A stretch of 64,000 nucleotides of DNA from a virus (Duplodnaviria > Heunggongvirae > Uroviricota > Caudoviricetes): the IMG/VR virus record IMGVR_UViG_3300020050_006655; one strand, 5' to 3'. The position numbers and the translations under genes were made by a program. Each line of letters starts with the position of its first letter. Positions within the stretch are counted from its first letter, which is position 1. The notes beneath the pieces are model-generated. The model worked only from the letters and a program-made list of their open reading frames with translations. It made no database searches and was not told the origin of the DNA. This document shows, in pieces, positions 19,873 through 29,644 of this stretch.

Positions 19873-19946
19873 TGGGCCATTAGTTCAGATGGTTAGAACA
19901 ACGACCTCATAAGTCGAAGGTCACAGGTTCAAGTCCTGTATGGCCC
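19873..19946 (+). tRNA. tRNA-Met/Ile2-type (anticodon CAT)
   Basis: Acceptor gggccat/atggccc. D arm gttc-agatggtta-gaac. Anticodon loop ctcataa. T arm acagg-ttcaagt-cctgt. There is one mismatch at the top of the anticodon stem. Confidence 0.6.
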
Positions 19947-19997
19947 ACTAATAAAAACTTTTTTAATTTTTCATAACTTTTTTAACTTTTCGTCAAC

Positions 19998-20429
19998 ATG
20001 ACAACAAATCTTAAATTTAACAGCACTTACAACAATTTTTCCGGTTTGATGAACACCCGAGTGGAAGTCACTTCTGAACCAGTGGATGCAACAGCAGCAC
20101 TAAACGCTGATGTTACAACAATGTCTTTCAATGTGCGTCTTGCAGAAGATGAACGTTTTATCTTTTTCAATCAAATATCTGGTGAAGTTGTTGAAGGAAC
20201 TATTAAAGCAGGTGAATTTTCCGTGACTGCTCGTGGAGCGCAATTCGAGCCAATGGTACATGTAAAAGGCAACAAATGTCTCCTGAACATCAATGTTCGT
20301 GCGGAAGACAATGCTGTACTTTTGACAGCAAGTAAACTGGTTAACACTATCAATCGTCCAATCGTTACTTTTACTCGGAAAGCAGTGGAACCAGTGGTTG
20401 AGGTTGCAGCAGAATTGGCAACAGCGTAA
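19998..20429 (+). CDS. hypothetical protein (143 aa)
   Basis: ORF followed by a strong terminator. Confidence 0.45.
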   Translation: MTTNLKFNSTYNNFSGLMNTRVEVTSEPVDATAALNADVTTMSFNVRLAEDERFIFFNQISGEVVEGTIKAGEFSVTARGAQFEPMVHVKGNKCLLNINVRAEDNAVLLTASKLVNTINRPIVTFTRKAVEPVVEVAAELATA

Positions 20430-20449
20430 TTAATTTAATCATAATATAG

Positions 20450-20493
20450 AACAGTATCCTTGAGAAATGTCTTGGGGATACTGTTTAATTTTT
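20450..20493 (+). terminator. rho-independent terminator
   Basis: 10-bp stem aacagtatcc/ggatactgtt followed by taattttt. Confidence 0.5.
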
Positions 20494-20506
20494 AACATAA
20501 TCTGAT

Positions 20507-20986
20507 ATGGAATTTAAAAGAGTACCGAAAACACAAGAACACAGGCTAACTGCTTCTACTAGAGCAGCATTGGCATACATCTATCTTCTTTCCGAAGAAC
20601 GGGAGAATATGGATAAAGTAGGAATGCCTACAAATATATTTTACTTGTTTCCAATTAAGTTTGTAGATGATCTACAATCTGTTGGAATGGTAGAATATCG
20701 TGGTAATAAAACAATTGACGGGCAAGAACTACCAAACGTCTATATTACGGACTATGGTCGTGCAATAGCACGAAAACATGGTCTTTCAAGTCGGGTATAT
20801 TATATCCCGGAAAATATGCGAAACTACAGGTTCGTACCAAAGCACCTGCTTGTAAAAGCAGTAAACGTTATTATTAGTCTTTTAGCCTTTTGGGGTGAAG
20901 AAGAACTAATTAACAACATCACAAGAAAACTAAATGCTATGACCATATCATCTTGGAAAGACGAATGGAATAACATGGATAAATAA
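20507..20986 (+). CDS. hypothetical protein (159 aa)
   Basis: ORF. Confidence 0.45.
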   Translation: MEFKRVPKTQEHRLTASTRAALAYIYLLSEERENMDKVGMPTNIFYLFPIKFVDDLQSVGMVEYRGNKTIDGQELPNVYITDYGRAIARKHGLSSRVYYIPENMRNYRFVPKHLLVKAVNVIISLLAFWGEEELINNITRKLNAMTISSWKDEWNNMDK

Positions 20987-21007
20987 ATAAATCTCACAGG
21001 TTGGGAA

Positions 21008-21772
21008 ATGGCAGGTATTCTTGCTATTTCCCTTTTTTTACACCCTTCGATGGAAGACAAAGCATATTATAAGATTGGTGATGTGGTTATTCGCAAGAAA
21101 GTTCAAATGACCCTAAAAGAGTTTATTGGATTCAGACTTGCTGAACACCATAACCAGACAGGAAAGAAAAGGGTAACACTTAAAGAGAACCAACCATCTG
21201 ACAGAAATACAGAAATCACCAATACTGAAATCTGGATGGCTGTTACAGAAAATGGTACTTTGTTAAAGGTAAAGATGGAAGTTTCAAAAAGACATGTTGA
21301 TCTGTATGCAAAAGATGAATCTGTATACAATGGAACTGATCGTATAAGTGTTATCAATGACCATAAACCAGAACCGATCACACGTTCTTATGAAGAATGT
21401 GAATCTGGTGAATGGAATTACACAGCATATAAAAAATGGGAAATTGTAGAAAATCAAAAACGGAAACAATTAAACCAGACATTGTTCTTACTTGAGAAAC
21501 ACATTCAATCAAATGTGGTAAGACCAATAGCAAAAGGAACTTCAAGAGCAAAAGAACATCAGGTTAGGTGTGTTGCTATTTATATAGCAATGCTTAAACA
21601 ACAAAGAGCCTATCCTACAATTATAGGACATAACAGGATTAACAGGTTCCTCAAAACATATCCGGGAACTAAGGAATTGTATAACCAGATTTTCGATGAG
21701 TTTATTGCAAAATTTGAATATAAAGAAACGGCAAGTACAAAAGCAAGCCGTAAAAGAGTGGTGGAAGACTAA
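21008..21772 (+). CDS. hypothetical protein (254 aa); possibly N-terminal part of the downstream helicase
   Basis: ORF. Its 3' end overlaps the helicase ORF by 77 nt in another frame. Confidence 0.45.
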   Translation: MAGILAISLFLHPSMEDKAYYKIGDVVIRKKVQMTLKEFIGFRLAEHHNQTGKKRVTLKENQPSDRNTEITNTEIWMAVTENGTLLKVKMEVSKRHVDLYAKDESVYNGTDRISVINDHKPEPITRSYEECESGEWNYTAYKKWEIVENQKRKQLNQTLFLLEKHIQSNVVRPIAKGTSRAKEHQVRCVAIYIAMLKQQRAYPTIIGHNRINRFLKTYPGTKELYNQIFDEFIAKFEYKETASTKASRKRVVED

Positions 21773-22898
21773 ATTTGCTACTGTTCTTATGCATACAGGA
21801 ACAGGTAAAACTTGGGTGTTCTTTGATTGTCTGATAAAGTCTAAATACAGACATTGCTTGATTCTCGCAGAAACAACAATCAGAGAAAGAAATATACAAG
21901 ATGATAGACAGAAATACATTGAAGTATTTGGTATTGATCCTTTTAAAGATGTGACTGTTGTGTTTATGTGTTATCAATCGGCATACAAAACAACAATACA
22001 AAATATCTTTCCAAAAGGAAAAGTATTCGTGTTTGCCGATGAAGTACATGAAATGTGTACAGATACCAGATGGAACTTTGTCCGTAATAGTAATTGGGAT
22101 AAACACTACTTCCTTGGCGAATCTGCTACACTAGATAATGTAGGACAGTTTCAATTTGAAGATACAACAGATACCAAATGGAATTGGTTAAGTCAATTTG
22201 CTCCTGTATGTTTTGAATATCATATAGATCAAGCAAGAGAGGATAATACAACAAGACAGTTAGAGATTATTACATATCTCCACACTCTTGATAAGGTAAA
22301 TAAGAATGTTATTACGGGCAATAAGACACTTAAATGGGCCACAACAGAATATCTTCAAAACGATTTTTTAGATCAAGATTTTAAGAAGACTCTTTGGTTG
22401 CCAAGAAGTCCTACAAAAGATTTTCTTGTTAGAAATAAGGCAATGAATCGTATGAGATTCTTACATAGTCTTCCATCTAAGATTGAAGCATGTAAAAAAC
22501 TACTACAAATTTTACCGGGTAGAACTCTTGTGTTTGCTTATGATTCCAAAACCCTTATTGCTTTAGGGATTCCTGCAATAGTTTCTGAAAACAAGAATGT
22601 CGAGAAAGATTTACAAGATTTTATTAACGCTGAAATATTTCAGATAGGCAGTAATAAGATGTTATTGCAAGGTGCAAACCTAAATAAGATTGATAACATT
22701 ATATTTCTATCGTATGATGGTAAGTCAGGAAAAACCAAACAGAAGGCTGGTAGGGCAAGACAAGACCTTCCTACAGGTAAAATCATTATTTTTAAAACAA
22801 TTGGGACTCAAGAAGAAAAATGGTATGAATCTATGATACCACCACTTTTAGGATTTCCACAAAAAACAATTACTGACATAAATGAGATTAATAGATGA
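21696..22898 (+). CDS. SF2 (DEAD/DEAH-like) helicase
   Basis: Walker A LMHTGTGKT. DEVH box (VFADEVHE). C-terminal motif VI QKAGRARQ. Confidence 0.5.
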   Translation: MSLLQNLNIKKRQVQKQAVKEWWKTKFATVLMHTGTGKTWVFFDCLIKSKYRHCLILAETTIRERNIQDDRQKYIEVFGIDPFKDVTVVFMCYQSAYKTTIQNIFPKGKVFVFADEVHEMCTDTRWNFVRNSNWDKHYFLGESATLDNVGQFQFEDTTDTKWNWLSQFAPVCFEYHIDQAREDNTTRQLEIITYLHTLDKVNKNVITGNKTLKWATTEYLQNDFLDQDFKKTLWLPRSPTKDFLVRNKAMNRMRFLHSLPSKIEACKKLLQILPGRTLVFAYDSKTLIALGIPAIVSENKNVEKDLQDFINAEIFQIGSNKMLLQGANLNKIDNIIFLSYDGKSGKTKQKAGRARQDLPTGKIIIFKTIGTQEEKWYESMIPPLLGFPQKTITDINEINR

Positions 22899-23199
22899 AA
22901 TCCTCGATGACTTTGTAAAGTTTATCGAATTTATTATAGGAATACAGATTCCTACATTTAAACATTGTATCCTTATTACGTGGCTGTGTATATTTACACC
23001 TTGGTTAATACTAAACAGTATTGTTTATAAGTTATTAGATTCTGATATTCTATGCGAAGATAGGACACCACTGGTAACAATTAATGATGACATATCTTTT
23101 CACCATAAAAGATATAAGCAGCCAATTGTTATTTATTATGACATATTGTTTTTTACAGGTACATTATTTCATGCATCAATTCTTTTGGCTTTATGGTAG
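22882..23199 (+). CDS. small membrane protein (105 aa)
   Basis: Hydrophobic ORF. Confidence 0.3.
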   Translation: MRLIDEILDDFVKFIEFIIGIQIPTFKHCILITWLCIFTPWLILNSIVYKLLDSDILCEDRTPLVTINDDISFHHKRYKQPIVIYYDILFFTGTLFHASILLALW

Positions 23200-23402
23200 A
23201 AGATCTAATTGAAGAACCGGAAGGAGAAATAACACCTCTTGTACCAGTTAAGAAGATAGATACTTTTATAGCACCATTTATAAACAGTCCGTCTGGAACA
23301 AGATGGTATGCTGAAAACTGTATTACAGTAGAAGATGATTCTTTAGTTGTAAAAGCAAAAAGACTGTTTTTTACAGTATTTATTCAAAGATTCTTAAACT
23401 GA
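23193..23402 (+). CDS. small hypothetical protein (69 aa)
   Basis: ORF bridging to the polymerase gene. The stop overlaps the polymerase start. Confidence 0.3.
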   Translation: MVEDLIEEPEGEITPLVPVKKIDTFIAPFINSPSGTRWYAENCITVEDDSLVVKAKRLFFTVFIQRFLN

Positions 23403-25312
23403 TGAAGCAACTTGTAGATATTGAAGTGTTTTATCAGCATTTCGAGATTAGTCTCGAAAACTATAAAACACATGAGAAGATTGACTTTCAGGTAAATCAA
23501 TTTAGAGATGACAGAATTGCAGCAAAACAATATCTTAGAGATTATAATGGATTTATGATCCATTTTAATGGTATTAAATATGACTTTGCTGTACTTGCTT
23601 ATATAGATAGGAATAACTGGTTTCTTAATAAGTCTGTATTAGAGTTTTGTAGACTTGTTAAAGAGTTTTCAGATCAACTTATTAACTTACAAGATGAACT
23701 GTTTGTCTATAAGTATATAGGTCATTTTACCAAGATCACACATATAGACTTGTTTCTTTATTGGGCTAAACTCTTACGAATAAGTAAAAAGATTAGTCTC
23801 AAGGCTTTGGGTATTCAGATGAATTATCCGGTTGTTCAAGAGTTGCCATACCCACCATCTATACAAGAGTTAACTTACGATCAGATACAAGAAATTCATC
23901 ATTATTGTTCTGTACATGATTTAGGGATACTTAGGATGTTATGTGACCAAATGGAAGGCGGTAAAACAACTATACCTCTTGGTAATTTAGGTAGTATTCA
24001 GTTACGTCATAAAATCGTACATGAATTTGGAATACCTGCTTGGTCTATGGATGCTCCTAAGATCGCATCAGAGGCATTATTAAATGCTTACTGTAAGGTT
24101 ACAGGTAAAGACAAGAAAAGTGTCTCTAAAATGAAATTTGAGGCTCCTACGATTAGATTTGGTGATCTATTTAAGGATATTGATTTTGGATTCCAAACAT
24201 CCCTATTCCAACAGGTATATAACAGTTGGATGAACAGCGTAAATACCTTTAGTAAGGAATTTGCTGTTATTAACCCGTCTGGTGATGGCATCATGGTTTC
24301 ATGTGGAGTTGGTGGCTTACATAACCTGCTGTCTAATAAGATATACGAATCAGACGATGACCATATTTTATTAGACATAGATATTGAATCTTTATACCCA
24401 GTATTTATTATCAACTACGAAGCATTTGGACTTCCAGAAGTGCTTACCGAATATAAAAAGTTTAAAGAGTACAGGGTAACACAAACAAAACCTATGCTCA
24501 AACAGTATAAAGGTAAACCAGAGGAAATTGAATGGCGATTGATTGATGCTTTCTATAAGGTCATTTTGAACGGTGTTTCAGGTCATTTAGATTCTGAACA
24601 TTCTTGGCTATTTAACAGACCGGGAATAATGAAAGTTAGATGTGGTGGGCAACTAGTTTTGTTGACGCTTATAGAACAATGTCAAATCAATGATATAACG
24701 CTTGTACAAGCCAATACAGATGGTTTGACGGTTAGAATACATAAAGACAAGGTTGAACTGTTTAAGTCGATTGTAGAGGCTTGTGAGAAGAAATTCAATG
24801 TTAAATTTGAGTATGCTGAATACAAGAAGATGGTATTTAGTTCTGTCAACTCTTATCTTGCTATTGAGACAAACGGAAAGATAAAAGAGAAAGGAGAATT
24901 TGTAAGATTACCCGAACTTGGCAACTCAACAGACTTTCTTATTATTCCACATTTGTTACATGATTATTTTGTACTTGGTATTAAGCCGGAAGTAGCAATT
25001 TATAACTATACCAATATCTTCTTGTTTTGTGCAAGTCAAAAGGTTGATAAGTCATATCATGTTGAATGGAATAATCAAATACTTCCACAACGACTTAACA
25101 GATATTATGTATCTAAGAAAGGAGCGTATTTATATAAATGTAGAGGTGGAAAGAAAAGCCATATGTTAAAAGGGTTTGGTGTACAAATTTATAATAGTCA
25201 TATCCCACAAGACATGAGCCGATATAATATCAACTACCCATTTTATTTAAAACAAGTAAATGATATGATATGGAACCTTGAAGGATCAACAAACCAAACA
25301 AAATTATTATGA
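23402..25312 (+). CDS. family B DNA polymerase (compact, 636 aa) with 3'-5' exonuclease motifs
   Basis: Exo I VDIEVF. Exo II HFNGIKYDFAVL. Polymerase motif A LDIDIESLYPVFII (Dx2SLYP), motif B KVILNGVSGHL (Kx3NSxYG-like) and motif C QANTDGLTV. Confidence 0.6.
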   Translation: MKQLVDIEVFYQHFEISLENYKTHEKIDFQVNQFRDDRIAAKQYLRDYNGFMIHFNGIKYDFAVLAYIDRNNWFLNKSVLEFCRLVKEFSDQLINLQDELFVYKYIGHFTKITHIDLFLYWAKLLRISKKISLKALGIQMNYPVVQELPYPPSIQELTYDQIQEIHHYCSVHDLGILRMLCDQMEGGKTTIPLGNLGSIQLRHKIVHEFGIPAWSMDAPKIASEALLNAYCKVTGKDKKSVSKMKFEAPTIRFGDLFKDIDFGFQTSLFQQVYNSWMNSVNTFSKEFAVINPSGDGIMVSCGVGGLHNLLSNKIYESDDDHILLDIDIESLYPVFIINYEAFGLPEVLTEYKKFKEYRVTQTKPMLKQYKGKPEEIEWRLIDAFYKVILNGVSGHLDSEHSWLFNRPGIMKVRCGGQLVLLTLIEQCQINDITLVQANTDGLTVRIHKDKVELFKSIVEACEKKFNVKFEYAEYKKMVFSSVNSYLAIETNGKIKEKGEFVRLPELGNSTDFLIIPHLLHDYFVLGIKPEVAIYNYTNIFLFCASQKVDKSYHVEWNNQILPQRLNRYYVSKKGAYLYKCRGGKKSHMLKGFGVQIYNSHIPQDMSRYNINYPFYLKQVNDMIWNLEGSTNQTKLL

Positions 25313-25851
25313 TAGACGTAAAAGAACTAAGGGAACTATTTAAACAATCAGGTTTTCTTCCTGACGAGTTGATACTTACCTGTTTAGCAATATATCATGG
25401 ATTAACAGTTAATTTTCCAGATGGTCATTTAATGTGGCTTAGCCAATCAGGTTTCTTACAAAGAACCAGATCTGGTAAGTTAGAACTTTTGATTAAATTG
25501 TATGACAATGAAGAAGTTATTGAAAGTACTGAACAACCAATCAGCATTGAATTACATCAACGAATAAACGAGTATAGAAACCTATTTAAAGGTATTAGAC
25601 CAACAAGTAAAGGGAATAAGCAATCTGTTATAAGAAATATGGAAGATTGGATGTGTGAACATCCAGATATATCTTTTGATACTATTGTTGCTGCAACCAA
25701 GTTATTTATAGAAACAAGTCCAGACAAACAATATATTCCTAATGCGGATAATTTCATACTAACAATCAAAAATGGACAACCATATTCTCTATTGGAAATG
25801 TGTGTGGAAGATTTTGATGAAACAAAAACGGTAGATACAAAATGGTTGTAA
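25309..25851 (+). CDS. hypothetical protein (180 aa)
   Basis: ORF overlapping neighbours by 4 to 10 nt. Confidence 0.4.
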   Translation: MIDVKELRELFKQSGFLPDELILTCLAIYHGLTVNFPDGHLMWLSQSGFLQRTRSGKLELLIKLYDNEEVIESTEQPISIELHQRINEYRNLFKGIRPTSKGNKQSVIRNMEDWMCEHPDISFDTIVAATKLFIETSPDKQYIPNADNFILTIKNGQPYSLLEMCVEDFDETKTVDTKWL

Positions 25852-26132
25852 CATGCAAAACAATCTCTGGATGGAAATTAATTAAGATTCCAGAAGATAT
25901 TAAATTTGAAATCTTTCATTATCTAATAGGATATTGGAAATGGAATGAAGAATATCAGTTACTTATTGATCCGTTTAACGTAATACGAAAAGCAGACAAG
26001 GATGTTTTCTTACGTTATGTAGGCAAATATCAAAGTGTTTATATGCAGACAAGTAATAAAATATCTGGTATGTTAATAGATCAATTAGAGTTATTTAACC
26101 ACTGGTACGATGAGCAAGAAAATAGAAATTAA
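25842..26132 (+). CDS. hypothetical protein (96 aa)
   Basis: ORF. Confidence 0.35.
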   Translation: MVVTCKTISGWKLIKIPEDIKFEIFHYLIGYWKWNEEYQLLIDPFNVIRKADKDVFLRYVGKYQSVYMQTSNKISGMLIDQLELFNHWYDEQENRN

Positions 26133-26514
26133 AGATATCAAATCACTTTGTAATGTAGAAAATTCAGAATTGTTATTTGGTATTCCTCTACCGCCTAGAC
26201 ATCAGTGTCCAGAAATTAATAAAATCATTTCAACAGTACGCAATTGTGAAAAAGAAGCAAACTCAATCGAAAAATATGATGATGTTGATGATTGTCATAG
26301 TTCAGCATCAGACATTTCATGGGATCTTTCTTCACTTCAAAGTGATGTTGAAAAATTAAGAAAAGAAATAGAAAAACTTCGTAGTTGGGGTGAAGAATGG
26401 AAAGGTCTTGCTAAAACGTTAATTGAACATAATCCTAATATTTTGCTATCGGTTATAGAAGATGTATTGCATGATAAAGTAAAAAACTATCTAAATGAAA
26501 CCAAAATTCATTAG
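26110..26514 (+). CDS. hypothetical protein (134 aa)
   Basis: ORF. Confidence 0.35.
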   Translation: MSKKIEIKDIKSLCNVENSELLFGIPLPPRHQCPEINKIISTVRNCEKEANSIEKYDDVDDCHSSASDISWDLSSLQSDVEKLRKEIEKLRSWGEEWKGLAKTLIEHNPNILLSVIEDVLHDKVKNYLNETKIH

Positions 26515-27544
26515 TATTGAAACACTTTTTCCACGGTTATTTAAAGTAATACCCGGTTGGTTAAAAGGTGTGATTCATTGTGTAACTGCTGGAACAGGAG
26601 TTGGTAAGACCAAGTTTGTTAAATTTGCATTTCTCTTACACTCATATACTTATTGTAAAGCAAACAATATACCATTTCATTGTTTATGGTTTGCTTTGGA
26701 GGAAGATGAAGACACTTTTTGGATAAGCCTATTATGTGATCTAATGTACGAACGTTATGGTTTAACATTAACATACTATCAGTACAAAAGGTTCCATGAA
26801 GGACGTACAGAAGAACACAACAGAGTTATACGAGAGTTAGAACCAGAGATCGAAGAAATGAAGAAGTGTATAAAAGTTGTAGATTATGTATCTAATCCAA
26901 CAGGTATATACAAAACAATTCAACGATTTATGGAACCTCTTGGTATTAGGGAGGATGGTATTATAGATCAAGACGAATTTGGAAACAAATGGTCTTCCTT
27001 TAATTTTACTTATCACAATCCTGATACACAAGTAATGATTGTAACAGACCATATCACTCTTGTAACTCCAGAGAAAAATCAATTTAACGATGCTTCTGAT
27101 AAACATAAGGCTATAGGTAAATTATCTGAATATACAATTAAGTTTATAGCCAAGAAGTATCAGACAATTCCAGTTTTTATTCATCAGCAAGAAGCGTCAA
27201 GTGGTAATGCGGAAGATTTAAAAATGGGACGTGCAGAACCTACTTTAGATAAACTTGGTGTAAATAAAATAGTACAGCAAGAATATCAAGTTGTATTTGG
27301 TCTTTTTAATCCAGCAGCATGCACTCCACCAATAGATTCTTATGGTGGATATTCGGTTAAGAACTTCGGAGATCATTTTAGGTCGCTTAGAGTTCTAAAA
27401 CACAGGAAAGGAGCAGTAGATAAGAATATCGGACTACACTTTCATGGAGCAACAAATAAATATACAGAACTTCCACCACCAGTTATTACGATAGATGGGA
27501 GAACTGTATTCAACACAGAACTAACACAATTTTATAACAATTAA
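26495..27544 (+). CDS. DnaB-family replicative helicase (RecA-fold C-terminal domain only)
   Basis: Walker A VTAGTGVGKTKF. Walker B-like VMIVTDHITLV. Arginine-finger region KHRKGAVDKNIGLHFHGATNKY resembles DnaB H4 (KQRNG...F.G...F). Confidence 0.5.
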   Translation: MKPKFISIETLFPRLFKVIPGWLKGVIHCVTAGTGVGKTKFVKFAFLLHSYTYCKANNIPFHCLWFALEEDEDTFWISLLCDLMYERYGLTLTYYQYKRFHEGRTEEHNRVIRELEPEIEEMKKCIKVVDYVSNPTGIYKTIQRFMEPLGIREDGIIDQDEFGNKWSSFNFTYHNPDTQVMIVTDHITLVTPEKNQFNDASDKHKAIGKLSEYTIKFIAKKYQTIPVFIHQQEASSGNAEDLKMGRAEPTLDKLGVNKIVQQEYQVVFGLFNPAACTPPIDSYGGYSVKNFGDHFRSLRVLKHRKGAVDKNIGLHFHGATNKYTELPPPVITIDGRTVFNTELTQFYNN

Positions 27545-27554
27545 TTTATTTAGA

Positions 27555-27908
27555 ATGACACAAGTCGTAACAAAAACAGTAACAACCAAAATTACCAAAA
27601 GTGCAGTAATTGCATGGTACCATGATCCGACCCAAAAAGTTGATGATTTCTGTTCACAGTACCAACTTCCCAATGGTAAAGCAGTAACCAAAAAACATCT
27701 TGTTGCTATCCTTGAGCAATGTGGATTGAATTTGACAGAACGCCCAAAGAAAGTGACGATCAAAGAGAAAATTGTCTACGGTGTGGAACTTGTAAATGAT
27801 ACAATAGCAGAACTAGTCAATGATCTTGAAGTTCTTGAAGAAGTTCTTCCAGAACTTGTATCAATGATTGGTGACACTAACGAAGAAGAAACACTTACTC
27901 AAGCCTAA
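27555..27908 (+). CDS. hypothetical protein (117 aa)
   Basis: ORF. Confidence 0.4.
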   Translation: MTQVVTKTVTTKITKSAVIAWYHDPTQKVDDFCSQYQLPNGKAVTKKHLVAILEQCGLNLTERPKKVTIKEKIVYGVELVNDTIAELVNDLEVLEEVLPELVSMIGDTNEEETLTQA

Positions 27909-28768
27909 TGTTTGATTTATCTAATCTACCCAATGAGGAATTTGGCCCTCTAATGCCATCCAGACTTGTTCTTGGTTCACACCAAGGAACAGGTAAAACT
28001 GTAGCCCTATCCTTGTTGCCAAAATGCTTAAATCTTGATTTAGAATCAGGCACAGAAGGTTATGGTGGTTTTAACTTTGATCTTCGTAAGAAGATGAATG
28101 AGTACAATATGAAACTATCTGCTGGACAAGAACCACTGACACTTCTTGGTACATTTAGAATGTTTGTAAGTTCTTTGAAAGACGCTAATGCCAAAAAAGG
28201 AGATTATGTATATGATTTCCTTGGTGTGGATACGCTTACACAACTTCAAAAACTGGCTGAAATCAGGGCTACAAGTAATTTTAACAAGTCTATTATTGGA
28301 CAAGGAATGATTAAGAAAGGTAGTCCGCCAGTAGCAGATGTTATTAGTGAGTTACCAGAAGGTGCTGGTTATAGGTGGTTATATATGGCTTGGGATGAAC
28401 TGTATCAAGAATTGAAAGGTTTGGTGCGTTATGGAATTATTTTCCTTGGACATACCAAGCAGGGAAGTTTGTTAAAGAATGGCACGAGTGTTGCAGCAAA
28501 GGATTTGGATTTGACGGGTAAACTGAAAACAGATTTACTTCGTGATTGTCAGGCTGCTGGATATTTGTACCGTAAGGATGCAAATACTGTTATGTTTAAT
28601 AATGTTGCACAGGAAACAGATTTAATGACTAAAAACAGAGCGCAGCATTTAATGAATGCTGAATTTGTATTTAGTAAGTTTGATCCTGCAACAAAAGAAC
28701 TGACAGTATTTTGGAACCTGATCTATCCAGATTGGGTTAAAGAGCCGATTGTAAAAAAGATTGCTTAA
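27908..28768 (+). CDS. P-loop NTPase (Walker A GSHQGTGKT), possibly RecA/Sak4-like or AAA
   Basis: Only the Walker A motif was recognised. Sits within the replication module. Confidence 0.4.
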   Translation: MFDLSNLPNEEFGPLMPSRLVLGSHQGTGKTVALSLLPKCLNLDLESGTEGYGGFNFDLRKKMNEYNMKLSAGQEPLTLLGTFRMFVSSLKDANAKKGDYVYDFLGVDTLTQLQKLAEIRATSNFNKSIIGQGMIKKGSPPVADVISELPEGAGYRWLYMAWDELYQELKGLVRYGIIFLGHTKQGSLLKNGTSVAAKDLDLTGKLKTDLLRDCQAAGYLYRKDANTVMFNNVAQETDLMTKNRAQHLMNAEFVFSKFDPATKELTVFWNLIYPDWVKEPIVKKIA

Positions 28769-28789
28769 TTATTTATTTATATTTTTATC

Positions 28790-29644
28790 ATGTTAGGAAA
28801 CAAGAGAGAAGAAGGAACGGGGTTTTCTCCCCGTACATTGCTTACAGGCCCACAACAAGTCAAATTTTTGGCAGTAAATCCAGATAGTGCCAAACTCGAA
28901 CAAATTTACGGTAAAGAACAAACACGGGAACCAAACTATGATTTGGTGGACAAGAACGGTAAAACTTATCGTCCGTGTGTGTTTTATTTCCAAGAAACAT
29001 CAACAGGTACGATTGTTAATCTTCGAGTTAACATTGGAGAATTGGAAACAACTCCTACAGACAGTGAAGGTAATCCACGTAACTATAAAATTCTTACAAG
29101 CACAGGTAATGTTACTTGGGCTGGTAAGAAAGAAGATGGTGTGTTGAATATCAAATCCCAATTTGAAGGTTTAACACCACTTCGTAACGGTGAAGATACG
29201 ATTATTGCTTTTGTACAAGCCCTTACCGATTTTAATTACAAGTCAGGTCAAGATTATCCAGTACTTACATCAGAACTTGGTCTAACAGCCAAAGATTTGT
29301 ATGAAGGTAAATATGACGGGTTTAACAACTTGACCGTTGAGTATCCTCTCAACACGTTTATTTGTATGTTTGTTGTTTCGGCAAGTCTGGATACTCCACC
29401 AAAGTATTATCAAAATGTCTCGTCTAATCCTGAAATGTTCTTTGCTGATAAGTATGGCTCTGGTGCTGGTGAATTTCATACCAAACGATTGAAAGATCGT
29501 CATGCAAACAGTCTTACTGGTGGTCGTGATATGTTCCAAGGATTTTATTATTCCTTTGAGCCACAAGCATTTACCGTAGAAAATTCTCTAGGCGGTGTTC
29601 CTAACAATCCTTCAATCCCACAAACCGCAAGTTGGAATGATTGA
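28790..29644 (+). CDS. hypothetical protein (284 aa)
   Basis: ORF. Confidence 0.4.
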   Translation: MLGNKREEGTGFSPRTLLTGPQQVKFLAVNPDSAKLEQIYGKEQTREPNYDLVDKNGKTYRPCVFYFQETSTGTIVNLRVNIGELETTPTDSEGNPRNYKILTSTGNVTWAGKKEDGVLNIKSQFEGLTPLRNGEDTIIAFVQALTDFNYKSGQDYPVLTSELGLTAKDLYEGKYDGFNNLTVEYPLNTFICMFVVSASLDTPPKYYQNVSSNPEMFFADKYGSGAGEFHTKRLKDRHANSLTGGRDMFQGFYYSFEPQAFTVENSLGGVPNNPSIPQTASWND

